64,000 nt of DNA, taken from assembly GCA_963715325.1 (NCBI GenBank), contig CAVQRR010000013.1:192060-256059 (forward strand). Reading direction: 5' to 3'. The notes below the pieces were generated by a model that worked only from the letters and a program-made list of their open reading frames with translations, ran no database searches and was not told the DNA's origin. This document shows, piece by piece, positions 1-10,387 of this stretch (within the stretch, counting starts at the first letter, position 1; every line of letters begins with the position of its first letter). Position numbers and translations under genes: made by a program. The DNA comes from an uncultured Acidimicrobiales bacterium (GTDB taxonomy: Bacteria > Actinomycetota > Acidimicrobiia > Acidimicrobiales > SZUA-35).

Positions 1-366
1 GAACAGCGCCTCGACCGCATCGGCCAGAATGGATTCCTTCTCCCGGCCACCGGACTGGTCCTCGCCCTTGCCGAGCCGGAGCAGCGGACCGATGTCAAGC
101 GACGTGCCGAGGTCGGCCAGGGTCGCGGTGTTGACCACCGACGCCCGCAGCTTCGCCAGCTGACCTTCCGGAAGGTCGATGTAGGAGGTGTAGATGTAGT
201 CGGTCACCACCAGCCCGAGCACGGAATCGCCGAGAAACTCCAGCCTCTCGTTCGATGCGGTTGCAGGATTCTCGGCGCAGAAGCTTCTGTGCGTCAGCGC
301 GAGCGTCAGCAACGACTCGTCACCGAACAGGTGACCGAACCGCTTGCAGAACTCCTCCAGCTCATC
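1..366 (-). CDS. rnc: Ribonuclease III, N-terminal portion (3' end lies beyond position 1)
   Basis: Minus-strand translation reads ..[80 protein letters not shown] is the RNase III signature. There is no in-frame ATG/GTG/TTG between the acpP stop (375) and this N-terminus, and the nearest ATG (365) is one frame off, so the start is unresolved. Confidence 0.8.
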
Positions 367-374
367 ACCGCTCT

Positions 375-656
375 TCAGGATCCGGCTCCAACCTTCTCGT
401 ACACGTAGTCCACTGCATCGCGGACACTCTTCAGATCTTGGAGGTCTTCGTCCTCGATGCGAAAGCCGATCGTTCGTTCGGCCAACTCCTCCTCGAGCGC
501 CTCGACCAACTCGATCAACGCCAGCGAATCAGCGTCGAGATCGTCGGCGAACGAGTCGCCCTCCCGGATCTGATCCGGTTCGATCTCCAGGATGTCCGAG
601 AGGCGGTCCCGAATCAGCTCGAACACTTCGACGCGGGTGATTGGAGACTGCTCCAT
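375..656 (-). CDS. acpP: Acyl carrier protein
   Basis: Inside ORF 375..818. From the ATG at 656: [57 protein letters not shown].., about 93 aa with the DSL phosphopantetheine-attachment motif. It lies between plsX and rnc. Confidence 0.9.
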   Translation of the reverse strand: MEQSPITRVEVFELIRDRLSDILEIEPDQIREGDSFADDLDADSLALIELVEALEEELAERTIGFRIEDEDLQDLKSVRDAVDYVYEKVGAGS

Positions 657-867
657 ATGGGTTTCGGCCGGCATTCTTTTCTGGACTCCTTTGACGCACC
701 CTTCAGAATCGGGCACGGCTCCAAAGACGCAGGCACCTGTTTGCCGCTGCTCCTTCAGAAAACCTCGGGGTCGCAGAAGAAGCCACGGGAATGCCCAACG
801 TCTCGGGGAGTCTACCAAATTTGGGTCGTAGTTCGGGTCGATGGACCCTTGACAACCCCAAAACCTT

Positions 868-1875
<1,008 letters not shown>

Positions 1876-1897
1876 GGCCCGATCGGCCGAGCCCGAA

Positions 1898-1988
1898 ACC
1901 TCGATGTACCGGGTCGGTCGGACGACCTCGATGTACCGGGTCGGTCAGGCGACCTCGATGTACCGGGTCGGTCAGGCGACCTCAATGG
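1898..1988. repeat. 27-bp tandem repeat, about 3.4 copies (ACCTCGATGTACCGGGTCGGTCAGGCG), overlapping the 3' end of rpmF
   Basis: Units at 1898-1924, 1925-1951 and 1952-1978, plus a partial unit at 1979-1988. Units 2 and 3 are identical; unit 1 differs at 2 positions. Confidence 0.9.
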
Positions 1989-2151
1989 CTTGACGACCCT
2001 TGTACCAACCGCAGGAGCCACACACCCGGTGGGGCAACTTGGTTGCGCCACATCGGTCGCAGCTGCTGCGGGATGGGGCCGAGAGCTTCCAGGCCGAGGC
2101 CCGACGACTGCGGGTCTTCGACTTTGACTTCTTCTTCTTTGGAACAGCCAT
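1972..2151 (-). CDS. rpmF: 50S ribosomal protein L32
   Basis: Read by hand from the minus-strand ATG at 2151: MAVPKKKKSKSKTRSRRASAWKLSAPSRSSCDRCGATKLPHRVCGSCGWYKGRQAIEVA* (59 aa). It has the typical L32 N-terminus and a CxxC..CxxC ribbon. Order is yceD-rpmF-plsX. Confidence 0.9.
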   Translation of the reverse strand: MAVPKKKKSKSKTRSRRASAWKLSAPSRSSCDRCGATKLPHRVCGSCGWYKGRQAIEVA

Positions 2152-2261
2152 TTTGTACCTGGAACTCGAGGCTCGTCAGAGGTCCGCCGTTGTGATGGAC
2201 CAGCGGGAAATCCTACCGACTCCACCATCGGTTCCCACCCAGCCCGGCGCGCCTCCGGCGG

Positions 2262-2346
2262 TTCGACTCGAGACCTGCGCCACAATGGACCCCAGGGGCA
2301 CCCCGTTCAGCCGACGATGTTGGCCAGGAACCCGAAGATTCCCCCG
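2262..2346. repeat. Dispersed non-coding element, copy A (inverted relative to copy B at 30016-30098)
   Basis: TCGACTCGAGACCTGCG..GACCCCAGGGGCACC.CCGTTCAGCCGACGA.GTT.GCC.GGAACCCGAAG..TTCCC aligns by eye at roughly 84 percent identity, with two 1-nt indels, to the reverse complement of 30016-30098. It lies in the yceD-rpmF spacer. Confidence 0.75.
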
Positions 2347-2397
2347 AACCTCGAAGGCACCCGAAGGGGGCCCGAGATGCTGCTCCGCAGCATCGAC

Positions 2398-3024
2398 TCA
2401 GTCCTGGTCGAGTCGGAGTTGGTCGAGAGCGGCCCAGCGCATGTCGGGGACGGCGGCCTCCTCGGCCCTTCGTCGTTCGGCCTCGGCCGCGGTCATCGCC
2501 GGGTAACGATCGGGATCGGGCCCTGCGCAGGCGTCGTCGCAGAGCGGGGCCAGCGGCAGGGACAACAGCACCGCGTCGCGCACCAACGGCACGAGATCGA
2601 TCTGATCGCCGTCGAAGTCGATCAACTCGGAATCCTCGGGTGCGTCGACCTGGAAGATCTCGTAGATATCGACCTCGACACGATCGCCGGTGACCTCCAG
2701 GCAACGCCGGCAGTCGCCCTCCCAGGTGAAGTGCAGCGAACCGCTGACGGATACACCGCGCTCGATCGATTCGACCACCACCGAACCCCGGACCGGTTCG
2801 TTGGTCGTTCGGGATGCGACGACGCTCTGACGGGCCAGGTGGACCTCGATGTGCTCGCTCCGCCTCTGACCGAGGCGGCGGCGCAGATCGCCGACGTTGA
2901 CAACCAGCCGTGGCGGGCGGTGCCGGCCGATGGGCTCATCGACCGGACCGGCTTCCGACTGGTCGCGGTCTCCTCCGTCGTCTCGTTTGCCGTCCGGGTG
3001 GTCCAGGACGTGATCTTCGTTCAA
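2398..3024 (-). CDS. yceD: YceD/DUF177 family protein
   Basis: 208-aa acidic ORF with GSLHFTWEGDCRRCLE and LCDDACAG cysteine motifs. It sits immediately upstream of rpmF, the conserved position of DUF177 genes. Confidence 0.75.
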   Translation of the reverse strand: MNEDHVLDHPDGKRDDGGDRDQSEAGPVDEPIGRHRPPRLVVNVGDLRRRLGQRRSEHIEVHLARQSVVASRTTNEPVRGSVVVESIERGVSVSGSLHFTWEGDCRRCLEVTGDRVEVDIYEIFQVDAPEDSELIDFDGDQIDLVPLVRDAVLLSLPLAPLCDDACAGPDPDRYPAMTAAEAERRRAEEAAVPDMRWAALDQLRLDQD

Positions 3025-3720
3025 CTACGGCTCCTCGTGGGCCAGATCGTCATCAGCATCGTTGACCACCAGCCCGTTGCCGGCCACCCTGGTCAGGTCG
3101 ATGGGGTCGTAACGGTTGGAACCTCCGGTACCGAGGATTTCTTCCGTCGTCGACTTCGCCGATCCCATCAGCCGCTCCCGACCCTTCTGGACCGTGGCCG
3201 CAGTGCGATTGAGCACCATCTCGAAGCTGGCGAGCCGCTGATCGCAGTAGTCCTCGACCTGGCGTTTCAGCGTGTTGGCCTCTTCCTTGGCCTCGGCCAC
3301 GATCTGGCGAGCCCGGTGCTCGGCCGCCTTGACGATCTGTTGCCGTTCGACCATCCGACCGACCTGGGCCCGCCCCTCGTCGATCAGATCCTGGTGTTCC
3401 TGGCGGGCCTTGGCCACGAAGTCGTCTCGTTCCTTCAGCAGCCAGCGGGCGGCCCGCAGTTCCTCCGGCAGCTTCTCCTGCGCCTGCTCGAGGAGATGGA
3501 GCAGCTCATCACGATTGACCTTGACCGTGTTCGACATCGGCAACGGCCTGGCCTCGGCCAGCATCTCGATCGCCTCCTCCAGCAGGTCCTCGACCTCGGG
3601 AACGGCATAGGGATTCGGCAGACCCTGGGATCGAGCCCGGGCTTGGCGGTCGTCGCTGTCGTAGTCGTCGCTGTCGTAATCGTCGTCCCCGTAGTGGTCA
3701 TCTCTGTAGTGGTCACCCAT
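3025..3720 (-). CDS. Coiled-coil DivIVA-domain protein, SepIVA (Rv2927c)-like
   Basis: 231-aa ORF. The core VEDLLEEAIEMLAEARPLPMSNTVKVNRDELLHLLEQAQEKLPEELRAARWLL.. and the C-terminal VEDYCDQRLASFEMVLNRT resemble mycobacterial Rv2927c as I recall it. It holds the same position upstream of yceD. The N-terminus is an acidic D/Y/H-rich low-complexity stretch. Confidence 0.6.
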   Translation of the reverse strand: MGDHYRDDHYGDDDYDSDDYDSDDRQARARSQGLPNPYAVPEVEDLLEEAIEMLAEARPLPMSNTVKVNRDELLHLLEQAQEKLPEELRAARWLLKERDDFVAKARQEHQDLIDEGRAQVGRMVERQQIVKAAEHRARQIVAEAKEEANTLKRQVEDYCDQRLASFEMVLNRTAATVQKGRERLMGSAKSTTEEILGTGGSNRYDPIDLTRVAGNGLVVNDADDDLAHEEP

Positions 3721-3774
3721 GCGCAGACCTCCTAGCTCCTTACGATTCTCGCCCGAAACCGGCCATGACCGAGT

Positions 3775-4254
3775 TCAGCCATTCCCGCCCGCCAACCGCT
3801 TCGCCACCACATCGGGCACCACCGAACCGATGTTGCCGCCCCGGGCCGCAATCTCCCTGATGTATCGGGACGAAACCAGGGCGTGGGCCCCCATGGCGGG
3901 GACGAAGAGGGTCGGGATGCCGTTGCCGCTCTCGGCGTTCATGTTCGCCTGCAGCATCTCGGTGTCGAGATCGGAGGCACTCCGGATCCCTTTGACCAGG
4001 CAATCGGCGCCGTGCTCCTCGGCCGCCACCGTGACCAGGCCGGTGAACAGCTCGACCCGCACGTTCGACAGGTGAGCCACCGACGCCGTGATCATGTCGG
4101 CCCGCTCCGGGCCGGTGAGCAAACCGGAGGGCTTTGCCGGATTGTGACCGACGGCGACGATCAGCTGATCGAACAGCGGTGCTGCGGTCTCGATGACCGA
4201 CAGGTGCCCGTTATGGACGGGATCGAAGGAACCCGGGTACAGCGCCACGGCCAT
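3775..4254 (-). CDS. coaD: Phosphopantetheine adenylyltransferase
   Basis: C-terminal 159 aa of ORF 3775..4869, from the ATG at 4254: MAVALYPGSFDPVHNGHLSVIE..ISSRYIREIA-type motifs (here VSSRYIREIAARGG), diagnostic of CoaD. Confidence 0.9.
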   Translation of the reverse strand: MAVALYPGSFDPVHNGHLSVIETAAPLFDQLIVAVGHNPAKPSGLLTGPERADMITASVAHLSNVRVELFTGLVTVAAEEHGADCLVKGIRSASDLDTEMLQANMNAESGNGIPTLFVPAMGAHALVSSRYIREIAARGGNIGSVVPDVVAKRLAGGNG

Positions 4255-4493
4255 GATTGTCTTGCTCACCTTGTCTCTCTCGTCGAGGCAGGTCGACCTG
4301 CCGCTACGACTCCGACCCGGGAACGGACCGAAACATCGGGCCGCCGACTCTCCCGACACCAAAGCTAGTCGGCAGCGCTCAAACACCGGTGTTTTCGCCC
4401 AGAATCGGTTGGGCGGAGTAGGCGCGTTCGCTTCGACACCGAGCCCGGCCCGGACGCAACGGGTCAGCGCCCTTGCCGCCGAGACCGGCCGCG

Positions 4494-5048
4494 TCAGCAG
4501 TCGACGGCAGGTTCGGCGCCGTCGGCGGACCTGGGAGCTCGCTCGGCGATCACGATCTGAGCCTTGCCGTAGCTGCGGCGTCGGAGCTCGACCCACCGAT
4601 CGGTCAGCTCGATCGGTGTTTCGGCGTGACCGACGAGCAGCTCGGCCCGCAGCCCATCGAGGATCTCGGCCCAAGGATCGTCGGCGTACGGCGGGTCGCA
4701 GAACGCCACGTCGGCTGCCGGGAGACCGGGCAGGGCGCCGGCAACCGGTCCGGCGATGACGGTCGCCCGATCGGCGAATCCGAGGTTGGTCAGGTTCGCT
4801 TCCAGGGTGGCGACCGCAGCGCGGTGGCGTTCCACGAACACCACCCGTTCGGCACCTCGGCTGAGGCACTCGATGCCGAACGAGCCACTCCCGGCGAACA
4901 GGTCGACCACCAATGCGCCTTCGACGCCGCCCAGGGACTGCACCATGTTGAAGATGCCTTCCTTGGCCCGATCGGTGATCGGCCTCGTCCCCCGACCGGC
5001 CGGGGCCTGGATCCGTCGACCCCGGGCGGTACCCGAGATCACCCGCAA
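4494..5048 (-). CDS. rsmD: 16S rRNA (guanine966-N2)-methyltransferase RsmD
   Basis: 184-aa ORF with MRVISGTARGRRI..RPITDRAKE.IFN..VVDLFAGSGSFGIE..FCDPPY motifs. It is adjacent to coaD. Confidence 0.9.
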   Translation of the reverse strand: MRVISGTARGRRIQAPAGRGTRPITDRAKEGIFNMVQSLGGVEGALVVDLFAGSGSFGIECLSRGAERVVFVERHRAAVATLEANLTNLGFADRATVIAGPVAGALPGLPAADVAFCDPPYADDPWAEILDGLRAELLVGHAETPIELTDRWVELRRRSYGKAQIVIAERAPRSADGAEPAVDC

Positions 5049-5173
5049 GACGTCACCGGGCCGGCGGCGGGGACGAGGCGGTGCCGGTCCGCTCGTGGTT
5101 CGATCCTTCGCTGCATCACGGCCAACCTATCGGGGGACGATCCGACGATCGACGATCGAGCTATGGTGAGCAC

Positions 5174-5359
5174 GTGCCACTGCCGGACCTGGAAATAACC
5201 TGTGTCGACTGCGGCGGGAGTTGTTTCCCGCTCGGCTGGCACCCCGAGGACGGTGAGGTGGAGGTTGGCACCGTCATCCCCTACCGTTGCCGGGACTGCC
5301 TCGACCGGTGGGACATCGTGATCGACGGCACCGACGACGACAGACCCTGGAACGGTTGA
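5174..5359 (+). CDS. Small zinc-ribbon-like hypothetical protein
   Basis: In-frame GTG at 5174 within ORF 5081..5359: VPLPDLEITCVDCGGSCF..YRCRDCLDRWDIV (CxxC..CxxC). Third-position GC is high. It ends 4 nt before the HIT gene. The start is uncertain. Confidence 0.45.
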   Translation: MPLPDLEITCVDCGGSCFPLGWHPEDGEVEVGTVIPYRCRDCLDRWDIVIDGTDDDRPWNG

Positions 5360-5363
5360 CCGC

Positions 5364-5783
5364 ATGGCCGACCCGGGCAGCGGGGGCTGCATCTTCTGCG
5401 CAATCGTGGCCGGGGATGCACCGGCCAAGCTGATCCACGAGGACGAGTCGACGCTGGCTTTCCTCGACATCAACCCCATCACCGTCGGCCACAGCCTGGT
5501 CATTCCCAAACGGCACTCGGTCGACCTGCACCAGATATCGCACGACGACCTGGCGGCGGTGACGAGGTCGGCCAAACTGGTGGCCGGACTGCTGACCGAG
5601 AGGCTCGGGTGTGACGGGGTCAACCTGCTCAACGCCACCGGCGCCGCGGCCTGGCAGACCGTGTTCCACTTCCACATTCACGTCCTGCCCCGAGTGGCCG
5701 GTGACATCCCCTTCCCGTTCCCCCTCCGGGGCGTCGACGACACCGAACTGCAGACGCTGCACGACAGGATCACCGGTCGATAG
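5364..5783 (+). CDS. HIT family protein (histidine triad hydrolase)
   Basis: 139-aa ORF with the CIFC N-terminal motif and the histidine triad HFHIHVLPR. Confidence 0.9.
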   Translation: MADPGSGGCIFCAIVAGDAPAKLIHEDESTLAFLDINPITVGHSLVIPKRHSVDLHQISHDDLAAVTRSAKLVAGLLTERLGCDGVNLLNATGAAAWQTVFHFHIHVLPRVAGDIPFPFPLRGVDDTELQTLHDRITGR

Positions 5784-5897
5784 CCGGTTCGAGAACCGGT
5801 TCACAGCACGAGTTCACACCACCGGTTCACAGCATCGTCCGCACGAGCAGGCAGCACCGGCGGGGAAGGCTCGGGCTCAGCAACGGCCCAGCGCCGA

Positions 5898-8130
5898 TCA
5901 GCCCTTGAGCAGGAACTCGGCGTCCTCGGTTTCGAGGAACAGGGCGAGCTCGTCGGCCAGCGCACGATGACTCTCCAACCCAGGATCGGCATCGACCAAC
6001 TCGATCGCCGCCCGCCTTGCCGATACGACCGTTTCCCGGTCACGGCGCAGCGAGGCCAGCTTGAGATCGTTCCGGCCCTTCTGGCGCTCCCCGAGGATGG
6101 TTCCCTCGCCCCGCAGGTCGAGGTCGACTTCGGCCAGTTCGAACCCGTCTGTCGACCGGACCAGCGCCTCCAGCCTGGCTTCGCCGTCCTCGGTCGACGC
6201 CTCCCCCACCAGCCAGCAGGTGGAGCCGTGCTCGCCCCGGCCGACCCGGCCCCGCAACTGATGGAGTTGGGCGATCCCGAACCGGCCGGCATCGAGGATC
6301 ACCATCACCGTGGCGTTCGACACGTCCACCCCGACCTCGATGACCGTCGTCGCCACCAGCACGTCGAGGTGACCGGTACGGAACAGCTCCATCGTCTGGT
6401 CCTTTTCGGCCGGGGTCAGACGCCCATGGAGGAGTCCGAGCCGGTAGCCGTCGAGCTCGATCTCCGACAGCCGTTCGAACGTCGCCTCGGCCGACGCCAC
6501 CTCCAACTTCTCCGACTCGTCGATCAACGGGCAGACGACGTAGGCCTGGCGGCCCTCGGCGATCTGGTCTCGAACCTCATCCCACATGGTGTCGAGCATG
6601 GCCTGCACCTCCTCCGGTTCGAAGTCGATCTCGGGTCGAGTGGTCGCCACATCGCCGTCGACCATCGTCGAGCCGGGGGGCTGGTCGAGGTTGCCCGGCG
6701 CCGGCACCCAGACGGTCTCGATCGGGGTTCGACCGGGGGGCAACTCGTCGAGGACCGACACGTCGAGATCGCCGTAGACCGTCATCGCCGCGGTGCGAGG
6801 GATCGGGGTTGCGGTCATGACCAGGACGTCGGGCACCGCATCGCCGTAGCTTCGGTCCCTCGAGCGCGGCCCGCTGCTCGACGCCGAACCGATGCTGCTC
6901 GTCGATCACCACCGCACCGAGGGAACCGAACAGCACCTTCTCCTGGATCAGGGCGTGGGTGCCGATGGCGATGTCGACCTCGCCGGTCAGCAGCTGGCTG
7001 AGAACACGTTTGCGATCGGCAGTGCCGAGCCGGTTGGTCAGCAGCTCCACCCGGAGGGGCCGGTCGGCGAACAGCGAATTGGCGTCGCCGACGGTCAGCC
7101 CCTCGAGCAGCAGCCGGATCCCGGCGTAGTGCTGCTCGGCCAGGACCTCGGTCGGGGCCATCAGTGCCGCCTGATGCCCGCCGTCGACCGCGGCCAGCAT
7201 CGTGGCCACCGCCACCAACGTCTTGCCTGCGCCGACGTCGCCCTGGAGTAGTCGGTGCATCGGCACCGGGCGGGCCAGGTCGCCGGTGATCTCGTCGATC
7301 GCCCGTCGCTGGGCGCCGGTCAACTCGAACGGCAGCTGCTCGGTCAGCCCGGTCAGCAGCGGCCCGTCGACGACGTGGGCCAAGCCGAGCTCGGTCCGCT
7401 CGATGGCCCGCTTGCGAAGCACCAACGCCAGCTGCAGCCGAAACAGCTCGTCGAACACCAGCCGGCGGCGGGCCTCGGCGACGTGGGCCATCGTCTCGGG
7501 CTGGTGGATTCCCTGGAACGCCGCCTCTCTGGTGATGAAGTCGTGCTCATCGAGCAGGTATGGCGGCAGCGGATCGAGCAGACCACGACCCTTCGGGGGC
7601 AGGGTGCGACGGAGAATCTCGGCCACCCACTCCGCCAGCTCCCAGGTGTGGAGCCCGGCCTTTTCCGATTGGGGGTACACGGGGATGATCCGGCCGGTCT
7701 TGTCCCCGACCAGGTCGACGACCGGGTTGGTCATCTGCCGCTGACCGCGATAGAGATCGACTTTGCCGTAGATCATGGCGTGACGGCCGGCAGTCAGCTG
7801 CCGCTCCCGCCACGCCTGGTTGAAGAAGGTGATCTTGAGGGTGCCGCTGTCGTCGCTCACCGTCGAGTTGACCATCACCTTGCCGCCCCGGACCCGGCGG
7901 CTGCTGGTGTGCTCGACCCGGACGAGAACGCTGGCCTCCTCGCCTTCGCTCAGCTCGGCGATCCTGGCTTCCTTGGTCCGATCGAGGTACTTCCGGGGGT
8001 AGTGGGTGAGCAGGTCGAGCAGTGTGTGGATTTCGGTCTTGGCCAGACCCTTCACCTTCTTGTCGCCGACGCCTTTCAGCTCGGCGACCGACAATCTGGC
8101 CAGTCGCTCGAAATCGACTTGATCGCTCAT
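5898..8130 (-). pseudogene. recG: ATP-dependent DNA helicase RecG, interrupted by an apparent 1-nt insertion near 6858-6866
   Basis: ORF 6577..8238 (from the ATG at 8130) carries the wedge domain and GDVGAGKT..DEQHRFGVEQR. ORF 5898..6836 continues with PDVLVMTATPIPRT..QLHQLRGRVGRG in another frame. Removing one G from GAGGGAC joins them as ..EQRAALEDRSYGDAVPDVLVMTAT.. This is probably a sequencing indel. Confidence 0.85.
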
Positions 8131-8336
8131 CCCGACCTCACGATAGCTCCGGCTCCTGCACGAGCCTGTGAAAGGCCTCGCCGCCAGGATGCGGCTCTCC
8201 TGAGAACGGCCACACTCACATTCCTGGCGTCGATGCATGACATTTCCTATGGTGATAGTCCCCCTGGCGAACTTCCCGCCGATGGGGGGCGAGAGTTAAC
8301 CTCTACCGCAATCGGATATCAGCATGGGGCCCCGGT

Positions 8337-8642
8337 GTGCAATATGTCCTGGAAATGGGCAAGCACGACGGAAGCCAGATCCTTCCAGATGGAGTGAACA
8401 CGTTGCAGGGTGTCGTCAAATCATATGATCCGGTGACCCGTGACGGCCTCATCGTCACCGACACCGCCGACATGTCCGAATATGAGCTTGCTCCCACGGC
8501 CCTCGACGGCTCGGTCTTTCGGATGCTGCGCCCGGGCCAACGGGTCGTCTTCGACCTCGATGGTCAGTCGAAGGCAACCGCGCTTCGGCTCGGCTCCGAG
8601 GTCGACATGGGCACCCCGGGATGGCCCGAGTCCGAGAAGTAG
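8337..8642 (+). CDS. Hypothetical protein, possibly with a cold-shock/OB-like fold
   Basis: 101-aa ORF. GVVKSYDPVTRDGLIVTD..FRMLRPGQRVVFDLDG loosely resembles CSD-type beta-barrel proteins. Start uncertain (8337 or 8355). Confidence 0.45.
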   Translation: MQYVLEMGKHDGSQILPDGVNTLQGVVKSYDPVTRDGLIVTDTADMSEYELAPTALDGSVFRMLRPGQRVVFDLDGQSKATALRLGSEVDMGTPGWPESEK

Positions 8643-8715
8643 ACCAGACCCCGAGTACCGCGTCTTCGGACCGACTAGACCCACAGCCAAGCTCTCAACA
8701 GACGGAGGAGGCCAC

Positions 8716-10371
8716 GTGAGCCTCGAAAGTGAACTCGAACTCCAATTCGGGCTGACCAACGTCACCCTCAAGGCCGAGCTCTCCCAGGAAGCGCTGTTCC
8801 ACGAGGCGATCGCCAACGATCGCGGCTGGGTGGACCCCAACGGCAACGGCGACGATCAGAAGGCCTTCGCAACCAAGCTCGGCACCGACGGCCCGCTGAT
8901 CTACTACACCGATCCAACCTGCACCGGTCGACCGACCAAGGACACCTTTGCCGTGGCCCGCCAAGGCGTCATCGACCAGGTCTGGTGGAAGCCGGACTTC
9001 CAGCAGTTCGATCCGGACGCCTTCGACGCGCTGCTGCCCCGGGTCATCGATCACCTCAACCAGCGCCAGGCCACGCTCTACACCACCGATGTGTTCTGCG
9101 GTTGGGACACCGACTTCGCCGAGCCGTACCGGTTCATCGGCGAACACGCCACCCATGCCTACTTCTGCAACATCATGTTCCCCAAGAACGTGCGCAAAGA
9201 CGTGGACCGGACGACGACCGGCTGGACGCTGATCAACGTGCCCTCGTTCCGCTGCGACCCCGAACGCGACGGCACCCTCACCGAGCGGGCGGTCATCATC
9301 GACATCGAGAACCGGGTCGGCCTGGTGCTCGGTCGAGCCGACTACTGCGGTGTCAACAAGAAGACGATGTTCACCATCATGAACTACGTGCTGCCGTCCA
9401 AGGGCCAGCTGTCGATGCACTGCTCGGCAAACGTCGGCCCCGATGGCGACAGCGCCATCCTCTTCGGCCTGTCCGGCACCGGCAAGACGACCCTGTCCGC
9501 CGACCCGGACCGGGAACTGATCGGCGACGACGAGCACGTGTGGACCGATGCCGGCATCTCCAACTTCGAGAACGGCTGCTACGCCAAACTCATCGATCTC
9601 GACAAGGACGCCGAGCCCGTGATCGCCGCCGCCCTTTCGATGCCTGGCACGTTGATCGAGAATGTGCCGCCCCTCCCCGGTAAGGACTTGGCGGAGACAG
9701 ACCCCCAGGAGTTCGACCTCGCCGACCAATCCATCACCGAGAACACGCGGTTCGCCTACCCGCTCGACTGCAACCCCAACGTGGCCGCCGGCGCCTCCGG
9801 GCCCCACCCGAACACGATCGTGTTGCTGACCGCTGATGCCTTCGGCGTGTTGCCGCCGGTAGCGATCCTCGATGAGGAAGAGGTGATGTATCACTTCGTC
9901 ACCGGCTTCACCTCCAAGCTGGCCGGCACCGAAGTCGGGGTCACCGAGCCGCAGGCCACGTTCTCATCCTGTTTCGGCTCGCCTTTCATGAGCCACAAGC
10001 CGTCGGTGTACGCCACGTTGTTGGGCCGCAAGATGAAGGATCACAAGACCCGCTGTGTGCTGTTGAACACCGGCTGGTCCGGCGGGCCATACGGCGTCGG
10101 CTCGAGGATGTCCATCAAGCACACCCGGGCGCTGCTCGACGCGGCGCTGGCCGGTGCGCTGGACGACGTGGAGACCGAGATCCACCCCATCCTGAACCTG
10201 GCCATGCCCAGGAGCTGCCCCGGCGTCCCGAGCGAGGTGCTCAACCCGCGCAATACCTGGGATGACGGTCCGGCCTACGACGCCGCGGCGGAGAAGCTCC
10301 GGGACATGTTCCGGGCCAACTACGGGGCGAAGTCGTTCGCCGAACTGGGAATCACAGACGCGATGTCCTGA
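8716..10371 (+). CDS. pckA: Phosphoenolpyruvate carboxykinase (ATP)
   Basis: In-frame GTG at 8716, preceded by GGAGGAGG. Kinase motifs GLSGTGKTTLS, IGDDEH and NTGWSGG are present. 551 aa. Confidence 0.9.
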   Translation: MSLESELELQFGLTNVTLKAELSQEALFHEAIANDRGWVDPNGNGDDQKAFATKLGTDGPLIYYTDPTCTGRPTKDTFAVARQGVIDQVWWKPDFQQFDPDAFDALLPRVIDHLNQRQATLYTTDVFCGWDTDFAEPYRFIGEHATHAYFCNIMFPKNVRKDVDRTTTGWTLINVPSFRCDPERDGTLTERAVIIDIENRVGLVLGRADYCGVNKKTMFTIMNYVLPSKGQLSMHCSANVGPDGDSAILFGLSGTGKTTLSADPDRELIGDDEHVWTDAGISNFENGCYAKLIDLDKDAEPVIAAALSMPGTLIENVPPLPGKDLAETDPQEFDLADQSITENTRFAYPLDCNPNVAAGASGPHPNTIVLLTADAFGVLPPVAILDEEEVMYHFVTGFTSKLAGTEVGVTEPQATFSSCFGSPFMSHKPSVYATLLGRKMKDHKTRCVLLNTGWSGGPYGVGSRMSIKHTRALLDAALAGALDDVETEIHPILNLAMPRSCPGVPSEVLNPRNTWDDGPAYDAAAEKLRDMFRANYGAKSFAELGITDAMS

Positions 10372-10387
10372 GCGCCGACCCGGCGGC

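Noticed and set aside
2262-2346. The dispersed element copy A as a ribosomal-protein L32 leader or a c-di-AMP (ydaO-type) riboswitch, prompted by the CCCGAA/ACCCCAGGGG-like strings.
   Set aside because: Copy B sits between convergent gene ends, not in a 5' leader. I could not fit the ydaO consensus (ACGGGGGACCCA / GGGGUGAAUC / CCGAACCCGACAGCUAACC) or find supporting covariation. Identity unresolved; it is reported as a repeat instead.
5898-8130. recG, pyc, ubiB and the antiporter as genuine pseudogenes indicating genome reduction.
   Set aside because: Each has a single +1 insertion, mostly in a homopolymer, with intact motifs and coding bias on both sides and no further lesions. Technical indels are the simpler explanation. 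The features are flagged, not asserted as decay.
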